DNA of 32,000 bases, taken from positions 1 to 32,000 of the forward strand of contig CAZFXQ010000003.1 in assembly GCA_964523265.1 (NCBI GenBank). Reading direction: 5' to 3'. This document shows positions 26,773 to 32,000 of the stretch, piece by piece. Below the pieces are notes generated by a model. It had not been told where the DNA came from, searched no databases, and was given only the letters and a program-made list of their open reading frames with translations. This DNA comes from an uncultured Muribaculaceae bacterium (GTDB lineage Bacteria > Bacillota_I > Bacilli_A > RF39 > UBA660). The position numbers and the translations under genes were made by a program. The stretch's first letter is position 1. Every line of letters starts with the position of its first letter.

Positions 26773-29268
26773 ATGTTAGGAATATTCAAAAAAATATTTG
26801 ATCATGAATATAAAGAATTAAATAAATTCAAGGTAATAGCTGATAAAGTTATGGATTTAGATAATAAATATAGTAAACTATCTGATGATAAACTTAAAGC
26901 TATGACTGATAAACTAAAAAAAAGATTAAACAGCGGAGAAAGTATAGATGAGCTAATTCCAGATGCGTTTGCATTAGTTAGAGAATCTGCTTATAGAGTA
27001 ATAGGAGAGAAACCTTTTTATACACAGGTGTTGGGTGCACTTGCAATTCACTTTGGAAACATTTCTGAAATGAAAACAGGTGAGGGTAAAACCCTTACTT
27101 GTGTTATGCCTGCTTATTTAAATGCTTTAACTGGAAAAGGAGTTCATATTGTAACTGTAAACGAATATTTAGCAACTCGTGATGCTAATTGGATGGGTAA
27201 AATTTTTGAATTTTTAGGTATGAATGTTGCAGTAAATTTGAGAGAAATGTCTCCACAAGAAAAAAAAGAAGCATATCTTTGTGATATCTTATATTCAACA
27301 AATAACGAATTAGGATTCGACTACTTAAGAGATAACATGGTTGTAAAAAAAGAAAATAAGGTACAAAGACCACTTAATTTTGCTATCATAGATGAAGTTG
27401 ACTCTGTTTTAATAGATGAAGCTAGAACACCACTTATAATATCTGGTGGTTCTATGAAATCAAAAAATTTATATATTGATTCTGATAAATATGTTAAAAC
27501 TTTAAAAGAAAATGAAGATTATACAATTGATGAAAAAACGAAAGATATTACATTAACAGATGAAGGAACAACAAAAGCAGAAAAATTCTTTAGAATTTCT
27601 AATCTTTATGACATATCAAATTCTGCACTAGTTCATCATATTAATCAAGCTTTAAAGGCTAATTATACAATGAAAAATGATGTTGATTACGTTGTTCAAG
27701 ATGGAAAAGTAATTATAGTTGATCAATTTACAGGAAGACTAATGCCGGGAAGAGCATTTTCTGAAGGATTACATCAAGCTATTGAAGCTAAAGAAAATGT
27801 TAAAGTAGAAGAGGAAACAAAAACACTTGCAACGATTACATTTCAAAATTACTTTAGAATGTATGAAAAACTAGCAGGTATGACTGGTACAGCAAAAACA
27901 GAAGAAGAAGAATTTAGAAACATATATAATATGTTTGTTATTCAAATACCAACAAATTTACCTGTAATAAGAGTAGATGCAGCAGATCTAATATATTCTA
28001 CAAAAAATGAAAAATACAAAGCTATTATTTCTGAAATAAAAGAAAGACACAAAACAGGACAACCAGTGCTGGTAGGTACTATTGCAATTGAAACAAGTGA
28101 AATTATTTCTAGTTTATTAAAAAAAGAAGGATTAAAACACGAAATTTTAAACGCTAAAAATCATGCTAGAGAGGCTGAAATTATTGCTAAAGCTGGAGAA
28201 AAAGGATCAATTACCATTGCAACTAATATGGCTGGGCGTGGTACTGATATTAAACTTGGTAAAGGAGTTAAAGAACTTGGTGGTCTATGTGTTATTGGTA
28301 CTGAAAGACATGAATCAAGACGTATTGATAATCAGTTAAGAGGTCGTTCTGGACGTCAAGGTGATCCTGGATATAGTCAGTTTTATGTTTCATTTGAAGA
28401 TGATTTAATGGTTAGATTTGGAACAGATAGATTTAAGGGGATACTTGAGATGGCTGGACTAGACAGCGAAAGAAACATGAGAAGTAAAACTATTACACGT
28501 TCCGTTGAAACTGCTCAAAAAAGGGTAGAAGGTAATAACTTTGACGCCCGCAAACACTTACTACAATATGATGATGTTATGGGAAAACACCGTGAAATAA
28601 TGTATGCTAAAAGAAATGAAATATTAGATAATGATGATATACATGAATTAATAATAAATATAATTAAAGATCATATTGATTTATTAGTAAAAAGACATAT
28701 TAATGAACATAATGTAATCTCTGAAAAAGATTGTAATGAAATAATTGAATATGTAAACGAAAATTTGTTAAAGCATGACAATTTAAAACTTTCCGAAATA
28801 TTAAATAAAGATATTGACAATACAAAAGATTTAATAATTAATAAAGTCATTAAAGAATATGAAGATAAAATTAGTATGTTACCTAATGAAATCAAAAATG
28901 ATTTTGAAAAGGCAATAAGCTTACAAGTTATTGATAATTATTGGATGGAGCACATAAATACTATGGATCATTTAAGGGAAGGTGTCTCTTTAAGAGGATA
29001 CGCTAATGAAGATCCATTACAAGCATACATTAGAGAAGGTTTTCAATTGTTTGATAACATGATGGATTCTATTAATAAAGATATAACTTTATATTTATTA
29101 AAAGCAGAAATAAGACAAAATTTAAGCGCTAAAGAAGTCAAAGGAACCACTAATACAGGAAGTGAAAAAACTGTTAAAAATACTCCAAAAAAAGTTAAAA
29201 AAGTTGGTAGAAATGATTTGTGTCCATGTGGGTCAGGGAAGAAATATAAACAATGTTGCGGAAAATAA
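26773..29268 (+). CDS. secA: Preprotein translocase ATPase SecA
   Basis: 831 aa. Walker A MKTGEGKT, DEAD-like IIDEVDSVLIDEARTPLIISG, TNMAGRGTDIKLG, and a C-terminal SEC-C zinc motif CPCGSGKKYKQCCGK. Confidence 0.97.
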   Translation: MLGIFKKIFDHEYKELNKFKVIADKVMDLDNKYSKLSDDKLKAMTDKLKKRLNSGESIDELIPDAFALVRESAYRVIGEKPFYTQVLGALAIHFGNISEMKTGEGKTLTCVMPAYLNALTGKGVHIVTVNEYLATRDANWMGKIFEFLGMNVAVNLREMSPQEKKEAYLCDILYSTNNELGFDYLRDNMVVKKENKVQRPLNFAIIDEVDSVLIDEARTPLIISGGSMKSKNLYIDSDKYVKTLKENEDYTIDEKTKDITLTDEGTTKAEKFFRISNLYDISNSALVHHINQALKANYTMKNDVDYVVQDGKVIIVDQFTGRLMPGRAFSEGLHQAIEAKENVKVEEETKTLATITFQNYFRMYEKLAGMTGTAKTEEEEFRNIYNMFVIQIPTNLPVIRVDAADLIYSTKNEKYKAIISEIKERHKTGQPVLVGTIAIETSEIISSLLKKEGLKHEILNAKNHAREAEIIAKAGEKGSITIATNMAGRGTDIKLGKGVKELGGLCVIGTERHESRRIDNQLRGRSGRQGDPGYSQFYVSFEDDLMVRFGTDRFKGILEMAGLDSERNMRSKTITRSVETAQKRVEGNNFDARKHLLQYDDVMGKHREIMYAKRNEILDNDDIHELIINIIKDHIDLLVKRHINEHNVISEKDCNEIIEYVNENLLKHDNLKLSEILNKDIDNTKDLIINKVIKEYEDKISMLPNEIKNDFEKAISLQVIDNYWMEHINTMDHLREGVSLRGYANEDPLQAYIREGFQLFDNMMDSINKDITLYLLKAEIRQNLSAKEVKGTTNTGSEKTVKNTPKKVKKVGRNDLCPCGSGKKYKQCCGK

Positions 29269-29325
29269 GGAAAAATAAGCAATTATAAAGTTAAAAAATA
29301 ACAATTTGACATCCATTTGTCATCC
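29224..29325 (+). repeat. Direct repeat copy A: secA 3' end (SEC-C codons), about 40 bp downstream, and the GACATCC-ATTT-GTCATCC motif
   Basis: 29224..29308 aligns with 31916..32000 at high identity (a few third-position and intergenic mismatches). The CATCCATTTGTCATCC part (29310..29325) recurs at 30824..30839. Confidence 0.85.
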
Positions 29326-29348
29326 TAAACAAAAAATGGATGACAAAT
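29315..29348 (+). promoter_or_regulatory. 11-bp inverted repeat (ATTTGTCATCC-N12-GGATGACAAAT) between secA and the GNAT gene; possible terminator or operator
   Basis: Perfect dyad seen directly in the sequence. It sits 20 nt before the GNAT start codon and overlaps the repeated GTCATCC motif. Confidence 0.4.
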
Positions 29349-29368
29349 TTGTGTTGGAGGATTATATA

Positions 29369-29818
29369 ATGAACGCAGAATTAAAGAAAGTAAATTTTGA
29401 TAATACTGATTTTATAAAATTATGTCTGTTTTTAGAGCAAGAGCACATTGATATAGTAAAAGAGCAAAGAAGTCCTAAAGGTAATTGCTTAAATAATTCA
29501 GATAAATTTACCACTGTGTTTATTCAATATATTGATAATAAACCTGTTGGATGTTTAGCAATGAAGGACTGCATAAATAAAACTATTGAAGTTGGAAGAT
29601 TATATGTACTGCCTGAATATAGGCAAAATAAAATAGCAACAAAATTATTTCAAAAGGTTGAAGAATATGCTAAGAAATTAGGTGCAAATAGAATAATTTT
29701 AGATACTTATAAGAGATTTACTTCAGCGGTGGCATTATATAAAAAATTAGGTTTTTATGAAATAGAAAATTATTTAGATTATTCTCCGTATTCAATATGT
29801 ATGGAAAAGAAAATATAA
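29369..29818 (+). CDS. GNAT-family N-acetyltransferase
   Basis: Motif A region LYVLPEYRQNKIATKLFQKVEEYAKKLGANRIILDT. The preferred start is ATG 29369, behind a GGAGG RBS. The track ORF starts at a TTG at 29306, inside the repeat. Confidence 0.8.
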   Translation: MNAELKKVNFDNTDFIKLCLFLEQEHIDIVKEQRSPKGNCLNNSDKFTTVFIQYIDNKPVGCLAMKDCINKTIEVGRLYVLPEYRQNKIATKLFQKVEEYAKKLGANRIILDTYKRFTSAVALYKKLGFYEIENYLDYSPYSICMEKKI

Positions 29819-29865
29819 TTAAAATCATTATAAAGTTTAAAAAAGCAAAGGAGGGATTTTGGAAA

Positions 29866-30756
29866 ATGAAAAATGAATTAGTGACAACAGAATTAAATGT
29901 AATTAATAATAAGATAGGCATTATTAGAGTTGGTAATGTAAATTATATATCAATAACTGATTTGGCACGATATAAAGATAAAGATAGAACTGATTATATA
30001 ATTCAAAACTGGATGAGAAATACAAATAGTATATTATTCTTGGGCACTTGGGAATCTATTCATAATGATAATTTTAATTCCATCGAATTCGATGGGTTTA
30101 AAAATGAGTCCGGTACAAATGCTTTTGTTATGACTCCTAAAAAATGGATCAAAACTACAAATGCTATTGGAATAATATCTAGACAAGGTAGATATAATAG
30201 TGGCACATTTGCACATCCTGATATAGCATTTGAATTTGCTAGTTGGCTTTCACCTGAATTCAAATTATATTTAATAAAAGAGTTCGAAAGATTAAAAACT
30301 AATGAAGCATATCAATATAAAATTGAATGGAGTGCAACTCGTCTTTTATCAAAAGTCAATTATGTTGTTCATACCGATGCTATAAAAGAATGTATAGTGC
30401 CTAATTTAACAGAAAAGCAAAAACAGCATATCTATTCTGATGAAGCAGATATTATTAATGTAGCCTTATTTGGTATGACAGCAAAAGAGTGGAGAAAACA
30501 AAATCCTGAATTAGCTAAAAATGGTAATATTAGAGACTATACAGATTTATTACATTTAGTAATCTTAAATAATCTCCAAAACACAAGTGCTGAATTAATA
30601 GAAGATGGTCTATCACAAAGAGATAGATTAATAAAATTAAATGAATCAGCAAAACGGCAAATGAAATCTTTGCAACATAGTAAAAGTATGAAAGATTTAG
30701 AATTGTTACAAAATGAGATTAAAGAGAATAGTTTAATTGCAATAGATAGTAAATGA
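29866..30756 (+). CDS. KilA-N domain-containing protein (phage/mobile-element-associated DNA-binding protein)
   Basis: The KilA-N-type core reads NYISITDLARYKD...QNWMRN...GTFAHPDIAFEFASWLSPEFKLYLIKEF. The preferred start is ATG 29866, with an AAGGAGGG RBS. Confidence 0.75.
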   Translation: MKNELVTTELNVINNKIGIIRVGNVNYISITDLARYKDKDRTDYIIQNWMRNTNSILFLGTWESIHNDNFNSIEFDGFKNESGTNAFVMTPKKWIKTTNAIGIISRQGRYNSGTFAHPDIAFEFASWLSPEFKLYLIKEFERLKTNEAYQYKIEWSATRLLSKVNYVVHTDAIKECIVPNLTEKQKQHIYSDEADIINVALFGMTAKEWRKQNPELAKNGNIRDYTDLLHLVILNNLQNTSAELIEDGLSQRDRLIKLNESAKRQMKSLQHSKSMKDLELLQNEIKENSLIAIDSK

Positions 30757-30813
30757 TTCATACAATTTGTAAATACAATATAATTTTATATAATATTTAT
30801 GGTAAATAGAATG

Positions 30814-30839
30814 TTGACAATGTCATCCATTTGTCATCC
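30814..30839 (+). repeat. Second copy of the TGTCATCC-ATT-TGTCATCC motif
   Basis: TTGACAATGTCATCCATTTGTCATCC shares 16 identical nt with 29310..29325. Confidence 0.7.
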
Positions 30840-30845
30840 GATGAT

Positions 30846-30958
30846 AAATACTATATGTACTATAAATACCACAAATACTATATATACCAAATCTGCGTTG
30901 TCTAATAAAATAAGCAAATACTATAAGTACCATAAATACTATAAATAACGATAATACT
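30846..30958 (+). repeat. Iteron-like cluster: four perfect AAATACTATA 10-mers plus degenerate copies
   Basis: Perfect copies start at 30846, 30873, 30916 and 30934. Related ACTATAAATACC and ATAATACT variants lie between and after them. Confidence 0.8.
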
Positions 30959-31015
30959 GAGTGTCATTGTACATGTGGTAGTGGACGCAAGTATAAAATG
31001 TGCCATGGCAAATAA
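30914..31015 (+). pseudogene. Orphan SEC-C zinc-motif remnant with no usable start codon
   Basis: This frame reads ANTISTINTINNDNTECHCTCGSGRKYKMCHGK-stop and is preceded by an in-frame TAA. The CxCGSGxKYKxCxGK pattern matches the SEC-C motif at the secA C-terminus but is divergent at the nucleotide level. Confidence 0.6.
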
Positions 31016-31058
31016 GCCTGCAAGCCCATATAAATAAAGGGATTGTGAGCTTTTTCTT

Positions 31059-31114
31059 TGCTAAAAAATTGCGAAAAATCATAAAAAATTCACTTTAGAT
31101 ACCTTTTAGATACC
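31059..31114 (+). repeat. Direct repeat R2a (contains tandem TAGATACC)
   Basis: TGCTAAAAAATTGCGAAAAATCATAAAAAATTCACTTTAGATACCTTTTAGATACC aligns with 31754..31810. Confidence 0.8.
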
Positions 31115-31171
31115 TTTTTCCGGTATTTTTAAAAGATAATAAATATGGTATAATTAGCTTAGGAGATTATT

Positions 31172-31747
31172 ATGATAGATTTTTACATACACCAAATTGG
31201 AAATATTCAAAATGAAAAGACTTATGAAAGATTGATAAGTATATTAAAAAGTCAAACTATAAGTTCTAGAGATTTTTTAGAGAAGCAAGGAATAAAATTT
31301 GAATACGATAATGCATCATTCAAATTGGATATACCAGAAAATAAAAAGTGGATGTACTATGAAGAAGATATTCATAAAGATAGAGTATCGTTATCTGATC
31401 CACAAAATAGATTTATAAAAAAAGCCATTGAAAAGAAAGACCATCAAATGTTTACTTGCTTTGATTACGATTATATTGCTTTTGCTGTTTCTAGAGATGT
31501 TCCATTAGTACCACAAGAAGAAACTCATGGACTAGCTTTAGGCGAAGTACAAGTTAAAGATAAAGTGGATTCCCAATACATTGTTGGTTTAATATTACCA
31601 ATTACTGAAGAGCAAATGCAAGATGAAAAAAATATGCAAATAGTTGAAGCGTTTGCAAGTCTATGTGAAAAAAATGGATTTCCATTAGATATTTATAATT
31701 ACGAAGGTGTTTTATTAGATAAAAAGAAACAAATCAAATCAATATAA
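31172..31747 (+). CDS. Hypothetical 191-aa soluble protein (no recognisable motifs)
   Basis: Clean ORF with a GGAGA RBS, flanked by the R2a/R2b direct repeats. I recognise no TM segments or catalytic motifs. Confidence 0.6.
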   Translation: MIDFYIHQIGNIQNEKTYERLISILKSQTISSRDFLEKQGIKFEYDNASFKLDIPENKKWMYYEEDIHKDRVSLSDPQNRFIKKAIEKKDHQMFTCFDYDYIAFAVSRDVPLVPQEETHGLALGEVQVKDKVDSQYIVGLILPITEEQMQDEKNMQIVEAFASLCEKNGFPLDIYNYEGVLLDKKKQIKSI

Positions 31748-31753
31748 TGTTAT

Positions 31754-31810
31754 TGCTAAAATTTTTCGAAAAATCGTTAAAAACATATTTTAGATACCTT
31801 TTTAGATACC
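31754..31810 (+). repeat. Direct repeat R2b
   Basis: TGCTAAAATTTTTCGAAAAATCGTTAAAAACATATTTTAGATACCTTTTTAGATACC is the partner of R2a. Confidence 0.8.
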
Positions 31811-31915
31811 CTGGGAGTAAATTCTCGGGTGCTGTAGGAAGTCCCCAAGTGCATTCAATAGCTCAAAAGAGCCACAAAATGCTCTTAAGAACTCCCAAAA
31901 ACCCAAAATTACAAG

Positions 31916-32000
31916 CCATGTGGAAGCGGGAAGAAGTACAAACAATGTTGCGGAAAATAAGGAAAAACAAGCAATTATAGATTAAAAAAATAACAAATTG
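31916..32000 (+). repeat. Direct repeat copy C: duplicated secA 3' end (PCGSGKKYKQCCGK-stop at 31916..31960) plus downstream sequence, running off the window
   Basis: This frame reads ELPKTQNYKPCGSGKKYKQCCGK-stop after an in-frame TAA, so it is a non-functional fragment. It aligns colinearly with 29224..29308, offset by 2692 bp. Confidence 0.85.

Noticed and set aside
29306-29368. N-terminal extensions of the track ORFs: GNAT from TTG 29306, KilA-N from 29797, LysR from 3706, sigma paralog 3 from GTG 8625, and ftsX from 17322.
   Set aside because: In each case an internal ATG preceded by a strong GGAGG-type RBS gives an N-terminus that matches family expectations or the paralogs. The extensions run through repeats, RBSs or the upstream gene.
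29269-29818. GNAT as the toxin of a classical GNAT/RHH toxin-antitoxin pair.
   Set aside because: The 100-nt upstream gap contains no small antitoxin ORF, only a dyad-containing non-coding sequence, and the downstream gene is a 296-aa KilA-N protein rather than a DUF1778/RHH antitoxin.
1184-30761. Numerous 60-150-aa ORFs in the track lying antisense to or inside large genes: 1184..1567, 3789..4064, 5469..5837, 6152..6343, 6573..6818, 7689..7871, 15337..15555, 15846..16088, 16586..16834, 19158..19373, 21447..21875, 25544..25729, 27185..27373, 28671..28895, 29043..29282, 29718..29921, 30034..30216, 30060..30263 and 30537..30761.
   Set aside because: All overlap strongly supported genes (uvrA, LysR, uvrB, the sigma gene, M23, ftsX, prfB, the acyltransferase-like gene, agrB, secA, GNAT, KilA-N). 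Their translations are low-complexity and rich in F, L, I and S, they lack RBSs, and they are expected by chance on the stop-poor antisense of AT-rich, A-biased coding sequence.
30840-30947. Possible 35-aa ORF MINTICTINTTNTIYTKSALSNKISKYYKYHKYYK, perhaps once joined by a frameshift to the SEC-C remnant.
   Set aside because: The repetitive peptide is simply the translation of the AAATACTATA DNA repeats, and there is no RBS. A decayed small SEC-C-domain gene remains possible but cannot be supported from sequence alone.
31747-31980. 77-aa ORF MLLLKFFEKSLKTYFRYLFRYPGSKF... at the window end.
   Set aside because: It runs through direct repeat R2b and, out of frame, through the duplicated secA 3' fragment. 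It has no RBS, and its composition reflects repeat and remnant DNA rather than a gene.
1-32000. CRISPR arrays, tRNA/rRNA genes, IS elements, and transposase or integrase genes.
   Set aside because: I saw no regularly spaced repeat-spacer structure, no cloverleaf-capable GC-rich 75-nt segments, no rRNA-like sequence, and no ORF with recombinase or transposase motifs. The secA-proximal island is therefore described only as repeat-bounded cargo, not as a complete mobile element.
1-32000. Mollicutes-type genetic code 4 (UGA = Trp), suggested by the extreme AT content.
   Set aside because: A full RF2 gene with a UGA-dependent frameshift site is present, Trp is encoded by TGG in the conserved proteins I checked, and the ftsX reading frame terminates at the TGA of its ATGA overlap with the M23 start.

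Overview
Very AT-rich chromosomal segment of a Bacillota (Firmicutes)-type bacterium. It uses standard code 11: RF2 is present with its UGA-dependent +1 frameshift. The backbone is the housekeeping neighbourhood known from Bacillus: csp, hpf and secA on the + strand; prfB, yitT, ftsE, ftsX, an M23 peptidase, uvrB and uvrA on the - strand. Several accessory blocks interrupt it. (1) Three tandem paralogous SigF/SigG-like sigma-70-family genes (7534..13601, -) lie between the ftsEX block and uvrB, behind one near-consensus promoter. All three share a non-canonical ~90-aa C-terminal extension. The first is a 1285-aa fusion: sigma core, three extra sigma-4-like HTH repeats, an unknown beta-rich domain, a TPR array and a terminal HTH. 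No anti-sigma gene is adjacent. This is my best candidate for an undescribed system. (2) uvrB and uvrA are separated by a small HipA-like kinase-fold gene translationally coupled to uvrB, plus a divergent LysR regulator and PfkB sugar kinase pair. (3) An agr-type quorum-sensing locus is split into convergent halves: a LytTR regulator and AgrC-like kinase on +, and AgrB plus a 41-aa AgrD-like propeptide missing from the ORF track on -. The regulator/kinase pair has strikingly different codon usage. (4) Downstream of secA, the secA 3' end (SEC-C zinc motif plus about 40 bp) recurs as a direct repeat 2.7 kb away. A third, divergent SEC-C remnant, iteron-like 10-mers and a second ~56-bp direct-repeat pair bracket GNAT, KilA-N and unknown 191-aa genes. 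This looks like a recombinase-less cassette or accretion array at secA. No rRNA, tRNA, CRISPR array or transposase/integrase gene was recognised.
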